64,000 bases of DNA from Nitrosarchaeum sp. (GCA_965223865.1 OZ245020.1:1888001-1952000), one strand, 5' to 3'. Shown: positions 16,261 through 26,485, numbered from the stretch's first letter. The notes: generated from the letters alone by a model not told the origin. Program-made: numbers and translations.

Positions 16261-16917
16261 TTGGGATTAAGAGACATTCAACTTAAAGAAGAATATAGGT
16301 CTGACAGAAATGACATAGTTGCAGAATTTTTCTTTCCATGCTTAAGTCATTGTATAGAGTATGATAGATGTGTCGATTTAATTTCGATTCAGACATTAGC
16401 TACAATATCTATGGCATTTGATAATTTTGCCTCAGGAAAAGCAAAATTAAGAATGATTACAGGACACAGATTCAAAATTTCTGATCTTAATATCCTCACA
16501 AAAGTATTCTCAGAAAAATATACCAAAGGATTTGAAGGTACTTTTATCAAAGACACCAAGATTCAAAAACTCCAAGATTTTGTCAATAATGGTCAAATGG
16601 AATTAAAGATCGCAATACCAAATTCAGAGAAAATTACAAATTCATTTTCTGAAAGAATTGGCATATTCATAGGTGAACATGATCAAACAGTTGCATTTAC
16701 TGGAACATCAATGGAATCCTTCTCCACACAAACAAGAGATTTTGAATCAGTGGATGTCTTCACATCATGGAATGATAAATCTAGAGTTGAGAGGAAAATT
16801 AAAGACTTTGAAGAGTTGTGGAAAAATGAAACGAATAATATCGAAGTATATGATTTTGTATATGCTGAAAAGAAAAGCTTACTGAAATATTCCTCAGAGT
16901 GGGCATTTAGTATTTAG
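16261..16917 (+). CDS. Stand-alone PLD-like domain resembling the N-terminus of PLD-SF2 helicase fusions
   Basis: YRSDRNDIVAEFF.PCL...YDR; FSERIGIF and AFTGTSMES in place of FHEKxGI and FxGSxNE. Confidence 0.65.
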   Translation: MGLRDIQLKEEYRSDRNDIVAEFFFPCLSHCIEYDRCVDLISIQTLATISMAFDNFASGKAKLRMITGHRFKISDLNILTKVFSEKYTKGFEGTFIKDTKIQKLQDFVNNGQMELKIAIPNSEKITNSFSERIGIFIGEHDQTVAFTGTSMESFSTQTRDFESVDVFTSWNDKSRVERKIKDFEELWKNETNNIEVYDFVYAEKKSLLKYSSEWAFSI

Positions 16918-17477
16918 AGATGAAAAGGTTTTTCTAAACCAGTTTTGTTTTCATAAAAATCCATTTTGTTTATTTTGTAGTAAATGACCTCACCTCTTCG
17001 TTCAATGACAGCAATTACTGGTTCCTTTCCCATTTGTGTAATTTGATCAATTTTTTTTTGAAGATGTCCCATTTTTTCTTGTTGGCCTTCATTTAATCCA
17101 AATATCAGAAATTTTGCTCCTTTTTCACCAAACTGACCTCTCTCATAAACTCTAAAGTCAGATCCAAATCCAAATCCATCTTTTACAACATAACCTCGAT
17201 TTCTCAAATCACGATATATCAAAAATTTTGTTAAAATTTCATTATCTTTTTTTTGGCAAAGATTCAGCATAGTGTCAAAATCAATCTTTTTTTTTCTTTT
17301 TGTGAGTATCAATTTTTCCAAATAAAGTAAATAAAGAGATTCAAATGGTTCTAGAAGTAACTTTTCTTTTTCAATTTCTCCAAAACCCTTGAGTTGGAGA
17401 TCATGAATCATTTCCCTTTTAGATATACTTACTTGGTCTACTACTAATTCTCCTTCAACAAGTGGGGTTTCTTCCAT
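16914..17477 (-). CDS. endA: tRNA-intron endonuclease, catalytic subunit
   Basis: YRDLRNRGYVVKDGFGFGSDFRVY. Confidence 0.9.
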   Translation of the reverse strand: MEETPLVEGELVVDQVSISKREMIHDLQLKGFGEIEKEKLLLEPFESLYLLYLEKLILTKRKKKIDFDTMLNLCQKKDNEILTKFLIYRDLRNRGYVVKDGFGFGSDFRVYERGQFGEKGAKFLIFGLNEGQQEKMGHLQKKIDQITQMGKEPVIAVIERRGEVIYYKINKMDFYENKTGLEKPFHL

Positions 17478-17574
17478 GATTAAGATGAAGTCATGTATTT
17501 TCAATATAAGCATTGGAAAAATAGAATTGATTGATGTCTAACCGTTAAAATATGGGGATTTTGGTTTTTTTATC

Positions 17575-18087
17575 ATGCATGGAGCAAACTATAGAGATGG
17601 TACTGGACAACCATTTACTAGAAAACAATACATCAAAGGTAAGCCACAAATAAAAATTGCAAAATTTCAAGGTGGTAAGAGAGGAAATTATCAGTATTGT
17701 GTGCAGTTGCTTTTAAATGAAAAAATTCAGATTCGACATATGGCAATTGAATCATGCAGATTAGCAGCAAACAAAACACTTGAAAAAACAACTGGTGAAT
17801 CAGGATACTATTCAAGGCTGAGAATTTACCCACATAACTTGTTAAGAGAAAATAAAATGATTGCAGCAGCTGGTGCAGACAGACTCCAAGAAGGTATGAG
17901 AAGAGCATGGGGCAAAGCAACAAGCCTTGGTGCTAGAGTAAGGCAAGGTCAATGCATCATGGAGTTATACGTAAACACAGAGGCACATGTAGAGGCAGCT
18001 AAAAAATCGTTAAAAAGTGCATGTGTAAAATTACCAGGAACACCAACAATTAAGGTTGTAAATTGGGATGGAAAACCATCACCATAA
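17575..18087 (+). CDS. rpl10e: 50S ribosomal protein L10e (uL16)
   Basis: YPHNLLRENKM...GADRLQEGMRRAWGK. Confidence 0.95.
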   Translation: MHGANYRDGTGQPFTRKQYIKGKPQIKIAKFQGGKRGNYQYCVQLLLNEKIQIRHMAIESCRLAANKTLEKTTGESGYYSRLRIYPHNLLRENKMIAAAGADRLQEGMRRAWGKATSLGARVRQGQCIMELYVNTEAHVEAAKKSLKSACVKLPGTPTIKVVNWDGKPSP

Positions 18088-18342
18088 GTCTTCGAATTTG
18101 GATTTTCTATCTTCGATAAATTCTAAAAATTCTTGAAATTCAAAATTAGTGGGTTCTCTTTTTAGGATTCTTTTTGATTGATAATAAAATGCATTATAGA
18201 TACGTCCTACAACAATTCCAAGAATAAAGGATTTCGAAGTATCAATAGAAGATAAATTTTCAGATAATTGAATAATTTCTTGTTTATTTGAAATGGTCTC
18301 CTGAATTTTTTGCTCCAATTTTTTTATTATATTTTCATCCAT
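18079..18342 (-). CDS. Hypothetical protein
   Basis: 87-aa ORF with ATG start filling the intergenic space. Confidence 0.7.
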   Translation of the reverse strand: MDENIIKKLEQKIQETISNKQEIIQLSENLSSIDTSKSFILGIVVGRIYNAFYYQSKRILKREPTNFEFQEFLEFIEDRKSKFEDLW

Positions 18343-18405
18343 TAGTTTTCTTAGCTGAAATAGTTAAAAACAGTTTAATATCCAAATTTTACCCTTAGGG
18401 ATGTT

Positions 18406-18479
18406 GCAGTCATAGTACAGTTTGGTTAATATTCGAGCTTGCCAAGTTCGTGACCCGGGTTCGAATCCCGGTGACTGCA
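18406..18479 (+). tRNA. tRNA-Gly(GCC)
   Basis: Acceptor GCAGTCA/TGACTGC; anticodon arm CGAGC-TTGCCAA-GTTCG; T arm CCGGG-TTCGAAT-CCCGG. Confidence 0.95.
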
Positions 18480-18908
18480 TTATCTTTGATTATTTTGCAA
18501 ACCTTTTTCAATAATTTTCAGAGCATCCTCCGCTTTTTCTGGGCGAGGAAGCTGAATCATAAACACATTGTCTTTTCCATAATTGGATTTAGGAGATGAT
18601 AATGCAAGCATTGATGTTTTTGCAAGAGATTGAAAAAAAATCAAATGTTTGTTTGCATTAATCATTAGTTTTTCCACAATTCCACCCTCAGAGAAAGTTA
18701 AAACAATTTCAACAAAAACGTGGCCAAGTCCATCTTGTAATATGTTAAGATCAGTGTTTATTGAAAGAGGTTTTCCAGCAACTTTGGATAAGATTTCATC
18801 ATATCTCTTTTCTTCAAGAATTATGCAAGGAACAGCATTGCCCTCAAAATCAAAAGTAGTAACATCTTCATGAGATTGAGCAATTAATCTCTCTAGTTCA
18901 TCACTCAT
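18480..18908 (-). CDS. Hypothetical protein
   Basis: 142-aa ORF translationally coupled to the antiporter gene. Confidence 0.75.
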   Translation of the reverse strand: MSDELERLIAQSHEDVTTFDFEGNAVPCIILEEKRYDEILSKVAGKPLSINTDLNILQDGLGHVFVEIVLTFSEGGIVEKLMINANKHLIFFQSLAKTSMLALSSPKSNYGKDNVFMIQLPRPEKAEDALKIIEKGLQNNQR

Positions 18909-20229
18909 TTTCTTTTTCTTTTAAAATAGGCACCACTTTATCGCTTGCCCTTACCAGAAATGGAGAAATGAATGCAGTTACGATTGAGATCACACCAATC
19001 AGAGGGAATAAAAATGCACTTACAGCGCCAATATCAACTCCTGCTTTTACTATAACAATTGAGAATTCCCCTCTTGGCGCTGCTAAGGTAAAAGCCGAAC
19101 GAAGTGATTTGCCTCTTTTTTGCCTAAACAAAATGTTGCCCAACATATTACCACCAAATTTCATACCAGTAGCAACAGCTATTAGAGCAATGGCGATAAA
19201 GATATAATTTTCAAGTTGAGATATATCCATTAATGCACCTACTGAAATAAAGAAGATGGCTACGAACATATCCTTAATTGGACTAGCTAATAGTTTTGAG
19301 ACTTCTGCAGATTTTGATTCTGCAACCAAAACACCAGCAAGAAATGCCCCAATTGCTACAGACAAACCCACAATATTTGCCAATAATGCATATCCAAAAC
19401 AAACCCCAAGAACACTCAAGAGTAATATTTCATGATGTTCTGAGGCCGCTACTCGATCAATAAGTGGAGGAATAACCTTGGTTCCAATAGTAAAGGTTCC
19501 AACAATCAATCCGGTTGCAACAATAACCACAACTATAATAGATTCTATAGATACAGTTCCAACCAATGCAATTGACTGCAAAGAAGAAATCAAAATAACT
19601 GCAATTACATCTTCTACAATCAATATTCCTAGTACAAGAATTGAAGATTGAGTTTTGATCCTTCCTAACTCTTCTAAAATTTTTACAATAATTGCAGTAC
19701 TAGATATTGAAAGAGCTCCTGCAATAAACAGGGAGTCCATAAAATTCATTCCAAGTGCGCTAGCTGCATAAAATACAGCACCTAGAGTAGTAAACAATCC
19801 AATTGTACCTACTCCAATTGCCACTCTACCAATGCTTCGAATCTTTGCATAGGGAAATTCTATGCCAATTACAAACAAAAGCAAAATTACACCAATCTCA
19901 GAAAACAAATTGAGTGCAGAAATATCAGATAAAATTCCAACTCCTTCTAAAGCATCAGAGGATGGTGCACCTTCAGGTAATATCCAAGACCAGAGAGGAG
20001 AAAGTGGACCAATAAGCATTCCAGCAAAAAGATACCCAATTATCAAGGGTTGTCGAATTTTGAAAAAGGCAAGAGTTACAACTGCTCCAATAATCATGAT
20101 AAAAGCTAAATCAGTTACAAATGTAGTATGGGGTAATTCCGGGGTAATTTGTTCAATTAAGCTTGACACAGTATTATTCAACGAACTTTGAATTCCCGAT
20201 GAGTCAATTTGTAATGCAGAATTTTGCAT
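18901..20229 (-). CDS. Cation:proton antiporter (CPA2/Kef-type)
   Basis: Many TM helices; LSISSTAIIVKIL, ILIVEDV and PRGEFS motifs. Confidence 0.9.
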   Translation of the reverse strand: MQNSALQIDSSGIQSSLNNTVSSLIEQITPELPHTTFVTDLAFIMIIGAVVTLAFFKIRQPLIIGYLFAGMLIGPLSPLWSWILPEGAPSSDALEGVGILSDISALNLFSEIGVILLLFVIGIEFPYAKIRSIGRVAIGVGTIGLFTTLGAVFYAASALGMNFMDSLFIAGALSISSTAIIVKILEELGRIKTQSSILVLGILIVEDVIAVILISSLQSIALVGTVSIESIIVVVIVATGLIVGTFTIGTKVIPPLIDRVAASEHHEILLLSVLGVCFGYALLANIVGLSVAIGAFLAGVLVAESKSAEVSKLLASPIKDMFVAIFFISVGALMDISQLENYIFIAIALIAVATGMKFGGNMLGNILFRQKRGKSLRSAFTLAAPRGEFSIVIVKAGVDIGAVSAFLFPLIGVISIVTAFISPFLVRASDKVVPILKEKENE

Positions 20230-20353
20230 GTTTTGAGTTCACAAATTTGTTTAAAAACAGTTGCGCAACTAGTAATAAACTAAAAAAAATTAGAGCCAAA
20301 ATAAAAAACAATTTTTCTTTGAAGGTCTTTATGGTTATTTGGAATAAGATAAT

Positions 20354-20417
20354 TGCAGGGTGATGAGTAGGTCAGCTGAAAATAATGTAGAGATATGACC
20401 TGGGGTATCTGACTGCA
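20354..20417 (+). ncRNA. Probable box C/D-type sRNA
   Basis: Terminal stem TGCAG/CTGCA; box C GTGATGA (20360-20366); internal CTGA (20376-20379); box D CTGA (20409-20412). Confidence 0.65.
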
Positions 20418-20451
20418 TAGTGGGTTACGTTAGAATTACCTAATTATTAAT

Positions 20452-20472
20452 AGTACGGTACTATACCGTACT
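20452..20472. promoter_or_regulatory. Palindromic operator-like site
   Basis: AGTACGGTA-cta-TACCGTACT between a TATA-like tract (20441-20450) and the ATG at 20475. Confidence 0.55.
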
Positions 20473-20474
20473 TT

Positions 20475-20582
20475 ATGATTCAATGTGAATATTGTCCAAA
20501 AGGTTTTGTTGAAACAGCAAATGGTTTGGCTGAAAAGACATTTCATGAATTACTTCATGAACCAGAAGTTGTTAACAAGTAA
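20475..20582 (+). CDS. 35-aa C2H2 zinc-finger-like microprotein
   Basis: MIQCEYCPKGFVETANGLAEKTFHELLHEPEVVNK: CxxC-x3-F ... HxxxH. Confidence 0.7.
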   Translation: MIQCEYCPKGFVETANGLAEKTFHELLHEPEVVNK

Positions 20583-20643
20583 CTCTTTTCATTTTTTATT
20601 TTTGACCTAACTTTTTTAACGTCAGATTTTCTTTTGGATAGAT

Positions 20644-22173
20644 ATGGCTGTCAAGGAAACAAAGAAAAAAACAAAAAAGACTGCAAGTACCACAAAAAAA
20701 ATTACCAAACGTGAACCTACACCAGCTGCAATTCTAAAAAAGGTAGCCACAGTTTCTGATTCAAGCAAAGCATTACAAAAAGAAATCAAAGTAATGTCCA
20801 AAATTTTCAGTGATAATCAAAAAGTTCTCGTATCTATGAAAGGTATGATTGATACCCTTACTTCTACTCTTGAAAACATACAAAAGCAATCAAAACAAAT
20901 TAATCTGTTAGAAGATGATACCCAAAAACTCTATGCAGGATTAAATCAAGTAAGGACACAATCAAATCTAGTAACAAAAATTAATGATCAAACTGCAAAG
21001 ATTCAAGAAGAAGTCAACAAGATTAATGAAATACAAAAATCATCACCAAAGATCCTAGATCTATCTCAACAAGTAGAAGATAGTATGAACTCGATTAGAA
21101 ATAATTCTCAGATGATCATAAAAATTGCTCAGAGAATTGACGAAGTAAGAGACGATTTAAGAAAGGTTTCTGGAAAAACAGATTCTTTCTTAGAGATTGG
21201 ATCAGAGATTGACAATTTAAAAAATAACATTCAAAATATATCTGGAAAAACAGATCAGTTAGAGACCAATTCACAGATAGTTACAAGTCTCAAAGAAGAT
21301 CTAGGCAATATTTCAGACAAGGTAAATTCTGCATCTACACTAAGTTCAGAACTAGAGGCAATCAAAGTGACAATTGATGCAATATCATCAAAGGCATCAA
21401 AAATAGAATCTTTAGGAGGAGTAATTGAGGGTCTAAAACAACAATTTAACACAATTTCCTCAAATGTTGATTCTATCAACAACGTGAACATAAATACAAT
21501 CAAAGATCTCAATGGAAAAATAGATAAAATTGAGACTGAAGTTGGCTCCTTAACAGATAGAGCAAATTCTACTGCCTTTGTTGGTGAAGGTCTCAAATCA
21601 GTTCAGGAAGATTTTTCCAATTTTAAGAAAAATGTATATGATAAAACAAACATCATAGAGCAAAAAATTTCTTCAGTAAATGATGTGTTGAAAAGACAAG
21701 ATGTATCTACATCAGAATTTCATAAAAAAACAGATAAAATATTTGAAGAACTTCAATCCGTCAAAAATGTCACAAACAAGACCTCAAGTGATTCTTCAAA
21801 AGAGATGATGGCATTATTGAAGTTATCAGAATTTCAATCAAACATTAGAATGCTTTCTGAATCAAAATATGGAGATGTAAAGGAACTTGAAAACATGGCA
21901 TCACAAACTGCCGATATTGTAAATCTTTTTGATAGAATAACAATTGAATCAGGTGAAAATATTCCACTTCCTCATGAGGTCAGACAGTGGACAGTAGGTA
22001 AAATTTTTGATTGTGCAGATAGGTGGGAAATTAGATTCAGTGACCTATTTTCGATCTTAATTAATGCAATTGGAAGGGATATGTTAAAAGAATCTATCAG
22101 AATTCAACAAGTAAGAGACATTTACGGAATAAGGGCAGTAGATGAAATTAGAAAAGAATTGAATATCTCTTAG
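20644..22173 (+). CDS. Long coiled-coil protein
   Basis: 509 aa, continuous heptads, basic N-terminus, no TM segment. Confidence 0.8.
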   Translation: MAVKETKKKTKKTASTTKKITKREPTPAAILKKVATVSDSSKALQKEIKVMSKIFSDNQKVLVSMKGMIDTLTSTLENIQKQSKQINLLEDDTQKLYAGLNQVRTQSNLVTKINDQTAKIQEEVNKINEIQKSSPKILDLSQQVEDSMNSIRNNSQMIIKIAQRIDEVRDDLRKVSGKTDSFLEIGSEIDNLKNNIQNISGKTDQLETNSQIVTSLKEDLGNISDKVNSASTLSSELEAIKVTIDAISSKASKIESLGGVIEGLKQQFNTISSNVDSINNVNINTIKDLNGKIDKIETEVGSLTDRANSTAFVGEGLKSVQEDFSNFKKNVYDKTNIIEQKISSVNDVLKRQDVSTSEFHKKTDKIFEELQSVKNVTNKTSSDSSKEMMALLKLSEFQSNIRMLSESKYGDVKELENMASQTADIVNLFDRITIESGENIPLPHEVRQWTVGKIFDCADRWEIRFSDLFSILINAIGRDMLKESIRIQQVRDIYGIRAVDEIRKELNIS

Positions 22174-24209
22174 ACGCCAGAATCATCAATTTCTTTGAAT
22201 TGTTCTTTCTTTCTTTTGAGTGCTGCAAATATACCAATTATAGCTGCTATCCAAATTGTACTAAATACAACATTGGAAATGCTGACATACATGTAAGGGG
22301 TTGCATCCATCAAATTTGTTTTAATTAGTAGAGCCCTATCGCTAATATCCATCATTCCAGTATGATACGCAGAACTATCCTTTGGAACAGCAGATATTTT
22401 TTCAATACTAGCAATCAGAGTATTCACATCACTTTCTATTCTTAGAAAATTTGTAGATTCAGTAGGGAAAATCCATACGGGATTTTTGTTTTCAGAAAGA
22501 TTGTTCAATACTATTCCCAAGTCTTGTTTGATTGATGTAAGATGAGATTTAATGGCAACAGGATCAGATGAACCAATAATGCCATCTAGGTTCCCACGCA
22601 TTCTATCTAGAGGATAAATTTTAGAATCGTACTCGTAAAATGCCATTACTGCGCCAAATAAAATAATTGCAACAATTCCTATCATTGAAAGTCTGTAAAT
22701 AGTATTTGCCATCTTTTCACTCTTGCTTAGAGTTCTATTTTCACTTGATTTATTTCTTTTAAATCTAGTGTGGGAAAGACTCATGTATGCTATGTAGAAG
22801 AAACCAATAGTTTGTAATCCAATTATAGGAACAAAAATCGGATTATTTGAAAAAATAGATATAAAAATTCCCAAAATTCCATAAACGCCAAAAAAGATCT
22901 CAAGTAATGTTGTTTGAGTAAAAGGTAAATTGTAAGCCTTGTTTTTCCAGTCATCTTCTTTAGTAATTATTCCATATTTTGGAGTTCTCAAAAACTCATT
23001 TTTCTTTCCCACTATGGCATCAAATACTGCGACACTATTGTTTACAGACATCCCAGCATTATACACTAAGAGTGCGGGAAGAATTTTTGCTTTTGATTTC
23101 CAAGATTTATGATACATACTCTGTATAATCATTATGTAGGCCCCAGGACCCATTGCGAGATATGTTGCAAGTGTTAGTGCAGGGATAAAGCTTACAACAT
23201 AAAGATTCATCTGAGAAGCTAAAAGAACAGGCAGAGCAAGAAATTGTATAAGCATTAGAGGATAAACAATGTGACGTGTTAGTTGAATGAACGCTTGAAT
23301 TTTTGTCTCTACTGCAACTTTACGTTTTATTACAATATTAGTCAACAGTTTGATGGCACACTGTATTGAGCCCTTTGCCCAACGGAACTGTTGCCTCTTT
23401 GCAGCATTCATCTGAACTGGAAGTTCTGCATCAACTACAATGTCTGGCAAAAATACACACTTCCATCCTTTCATTTGTGCTCTATAGCTAAGGTCCAAGT
23501 CTTCAACTAATGTTGCAGTGTGCCATCCACCTGCATCTTCAATACAATCTCGCTTCCAAATTCCAGCAGTTCCATTAAAATTCATAAACAAATGTGAATT
23601 GCTTTTGGCCTTTTGTTCTATAAGAAAGTGAAAATCAAGGCTAAGTGCTTGTGCCTGTGTGATTGCTGAATAGTTTTCATTCACATGACCCCAACGGCAC
23701 TGAACTAATCCAATGTTAGACTTTGCAAAGTGAGGAATTGCTTTTTTTAAAAACCAATCAGGAGGGATAAAATCTGCATCAAAAATTGCTACATATTCTG
23801 TGTCTGTTGTGTGCATCGCATATTTCAATGCACCTGCCTTGTACCCTTTTCTTGTGCCTCGTCTAACATGTTCAATTTTGAATCCATGTTTTTTGTAATC
23901 ATCAACAACATTTTCTAAAAGATCAACAGTATCATCATCAGAATCATCTAATACCATTATGCGCATATTTTCTTTTGGATAATCCATATGACATACTGCA
24001 TCAACCAACCTTTTGGCGACATATTTTTCATTATAGATAGGAAGTTGTATCGTAACTGAAGGAGTCCCTATTTCGGTAGTATCTAGAACTTCTTTTCTTC
24101 TACCAGAAAGATATGCAAGATAATAAAAATTGCAAGTATACGCAATTATTATAATCGCTGATAAAATAAACAGATCAAAAATAAATTGTGTGAAAGGATT
24201 TAGCGCCAT
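22170..24209 (-). CDS. GT2 family processive glycosyltransferase (cellulose synthase-like)
   Basis: QLPIYNE, LDDS, GYKAGAL, FDADF, VEDLDL and QQFRW motifs plus TM helices. Confidence 0.9.
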   Translation of the reverse strand: MALNPFTQFIFDLFILSAIIIIAYTCNFYYLAYLSGRRKEVLDTTEIGTPSVTIQLPIYNEKYVAKRLVDAVCHMDYPKENMRIMVLDDSDDDTVDLLENVVDDYKKHGFKIEHVRRGTRKGYKAGALKYAMHTTDTEYVAIFDADFIPPDWFLKKAIPHFAKSNIGLVQCRWGHVNENYSAITQAQALSLDFHFLIEQKAKSNSHLFMNFNGTAGIWKRDCIEDAGGWHTATLVEDLDLSYRAQMKGWKCVFLPDIVVDAELPVQMNAAKRQQFRWAKGSIQCAIKLLTNIVIKRKVAVETKIQAFIQLTRHIVYPLMLIQFLALPVLLASQMNLYVVSFIPALTLATYLAMGPGAYIMIIQSMYHKSWKSKAKILPALLVYNAGMSVNNSVAVFDAIVGKKNEFLRTPKYGIITKEDDWKNKAYNLPFTQTTLLEIFFGVYGILGIFISIFSNNPIFVPIIGLQTIGFFYIAYMSLSHTRFKRNKSSENRTLSKSEKMANTIYRLSMIGIVAIILFGAVMAFYEYDSKIYPLDRMRGNLDGIIGSSDPVAIKSHLTSIKQDLGIVLNNLSENKNPVWIFPTESTNFLRIESDVNTLIASIEKISAVPKDSSAYHTGMMDISDRALLIKTNLMDATPYMYVSISNVVFSTIWIAAIIGIFAALKRKKEQFKEIDDSGV

Positions 24210-24261
24210 CCCTAGTTTCTCAGAATGACTAATCGCTATTTATACTTGCAAAATATTTTAC

Positions 24262-25206
24262 TTATTTTTGCTCAAAGATCTTGATTGCTTGTGGAGGACA
24301 AACTCCTTCACATGCCAAACAGAATATACAATCAGGTTCTTTAGACATTAATGGTTTTTTCTCAGATGCAGGATTTCCTGGGGTGTCAAACCATTCGTAA
24401 ACACCAACAGGACATGCTTCTATGCATCCTCCGTCGGCCACACAAATATCATAATCAACCGAAACAAATTCTCCCCAAACCCCCAAAATTGCGTTGTTGG
24501 ATCCTCTTCTACCCCAAGTTTTGATGGTATGATCAGCGCCAGTAAATGGTGATGAAGGTTTCATCTTTGATTTATAGTCTACATCTATTGGACCAGGTTT
24601 AGCACCATCAGGTACTTCAATTTCCCCTTCATCTTCTTCAATTTCTTCAGCTGCTTCAGCTGCTTTTGGTTTAGCACCAAGGACAATTTTTGCCAGAGGG
24701 GTTAATTCTTCTAATCTTTTGATTGCCTGAGGTTCATTTAGTTTCTCAGATTTTGCAAGATAAGAAATCATCTTGTCTGCCAAGATGGTATTACGGAGAA
24801 TAGTATCTATAACCATTTTTGCAAAATGATCTGCCTTTTTTCTGTAATCTTTAACCCAATTAGGATCTCCGAATTTTTCAATTGGGAAAATTTGATAAAT
24901 TATATCAACAACTTCGCCAGTAACTATTTCTACAGTTACAGACAATTCAACTTCTTCGTATCCCTTTGCATCAGGATTGGTCATATTCTGTTCTTTCCAT
25001 CTGTATGTTGCAAAAATTCTGTCTGCATATGCATCCATCTCAAATGCCTTTTTCAAACCATCATGTACAGATTTTATTTCATTAGGTTCTTCAAGTTTGA
25101 TTGGTAATCTATAAAGTCCAAGTTTGAAGCCATGTAAAGGATATACGCCTCTTTTGGCAGTTGGTGCCTCCATCGACCAAACTCGATCTTTTAGAAGTAA
25201 TGACAT
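24262..25206 (-). CDS. Dicluster ferredoxin with long N-terminal extension
   Basis: CVADGGCIEACP and CIFCLACEGVCP at the C-terminus. Confidence 0.85.
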   Translation of the reverse strand: MSLLLKDRVWSMEAPTAKRGVYPLHGFKLGLYRLPIKLEEPNEIKSVHDGLKKAFEMDAYADRIFATYRWKEQNMTNPDAKGYEEVELSVTVEIVTGEVVDIIYQIFPIEKFGDPNWVKDYRKKADHFAKMVIDTILRNTILADKMISYLAKSEKLNEPQAIKRLEELTPLAKIVLGAKPKAAEAAEEIEEDEGEIEVPDGAKPGPIDVDYKSKMKPSSPFTGADHTIKTWGRRGSNNAILGVWGEFVSVDYDICVADGGCIEACPVGVYEWFDTPGNPASEKKPLMSKEPDCIFCLACEGVCPPQAIKIFEQK

Positions 25207-25242
25207 TCAGTTTGAATTATTTGAATTTATTTAAAAAGGTTA

Positions 25243-25551
25243 TCAGTCATCGTCAGGACATGTAAGCTCACGAAGTTCAGTATATTTTTTTTCCATAGAA
25301 TCTGCATGATTTAGAACTTGTTCCATATTAAATTGGTCTTTGGAGAAATACCATCGAATTGGCACCCAATGTCCAATTCCATCCATATCATGGATCATGC
25401 CCTTATCGGCTTTAACATTAAGTTTGTCATCAATAGAGGTTTCTTTAACTGTTAAGCCTCTTTTTGTTTTGTCTTCCATAATAAAATCAGTGTTACCATC
25501 TTTGATATAGTAGAAGGAACCTTTCTTTAGAATAGGAAGGTCTAGAAGCAA
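25243..25551 (-). CDS. Hypothetical protein
   Basis: 102-aa ORF directly downstream of the rhodanese gene. Confidence 0.7.
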   Translation of the reverse strand: MLLDLPILKKGSFYYIKDGNTDFIMEDKTKRGLTVKETSIDDKLNVKADKGMIHDMDGIGHWVPIRWYFSKDQFNMEQVLNHADSMEKKYTELRELTCPDDD

Positions 25552-25552
25552 T

Positions 25553-26398
25553 TTATTTTTCCACGGGATTTCCTATCATGTTACCCCATTCAGTCCATGA
25601 ACCATCATAGTTTCTAACCTTTGGGTAGCCAAGTAGATATTTTAGAACAAACCAGCTATGTGAGGATCTCTCTCCAATTCTACAATAACAGATTACATCC
25701 TTATCAGCAGTAACGCCTTTTGGTTCATAATTTTGTTTTAATTCTTCAACAGACTTGAATGTTCCATCAGTATCATTTACTGCAGTTGCCCATGGGATAT
25801 TGTTTGCACCGGGAATGTGTCCTCCTCTTTGTGCATGTTCCATTGGATATTCAGGAGGAGCAGTAATTTCACCTGTGAATTCTTTTGGGGATCTTACATC
25901 TACCATTACAGTATCTTCACGGTCTAGTGTACGACTAACATCAAATAGATATGCTCGTAATCCTTCATCAGGAGGGACTGCAGAATACGTAGTTGAAGTA
26001 AAATGTGGTTCTTCTGTTGTATATTCTCTATTTTCTAATTCCCATTTTTTTCTCCCACCATTCATAATTTTGAGATTTTCATGTCCATAATATTTGAAAA
26101 CCCAAAAAACAAACGCTGCAAACCAATTGTTAAAGTCTCCATAAAGAATTACTTCAGAGTCTTTTGTAATTCCATTTTTTGACATTAACTCCTCAAATTG
26201 TTTTTTATTAATGATATCTCGGGTTACGGGATCATTGACATCACGTTTCCACCAAATTAGACTAGCGCCTTTGATGTGACCTTTTTGATATCCATTTACA
26301 GGATCATAATCTACTTCGACTAATTTCCTATTGTCATTAGGAGGATTTTGAAATACCCACTCGGTATCAACTAACACTTCAGGATGTGCATAACTCAT
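25553..26398 (-). CDS. Thiosulfate sulfurtransferase (tandem rhodanese)
   Basis: GHIPGA, YCRIGERSS and YDGSWTEW; probable ATG at 26398. Confidence 0.93.
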   Translation of the reverse strand: MSYAHPEVLVDTEWVFQNPPNDNRKLVEVDYDPVNGYQKGHIKGASLIWWKRDVNDPVTRDIINKKQFEELMSKNGITKDSEVILYGDFNNWFAAFVFWVFKYYGHENLKIMNGGRKKWELENREYTTEEPHFTSTTYSAVPPDEGLRAYLFDVSRTLDREDTVMVDVRSPKEFTGEITAPPEYPMEHAQRGGHIPGANNIPWATAVNDTDGTFKSVEELKQNYEPKGVTADKDVICYCRIGERSSHSWFVLKYLLGYPKVRNYDGSWTEWGNMIGNPVEK

Positions 26399-26485
26399 AG
26401 TATTTTGAGAATTTGTTTTCATACTTAATTGTTTTTCTAGAAAATTAAGTAAAAATATCATTTTTAAGTAAATGAAAACAATGAG

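Noticed and set aside
20644-22173. Methyl-accepting chemotaxis or SMC protein
   Set aside because: Coiled coil only; no MCP hairpin signature or Walker motifs
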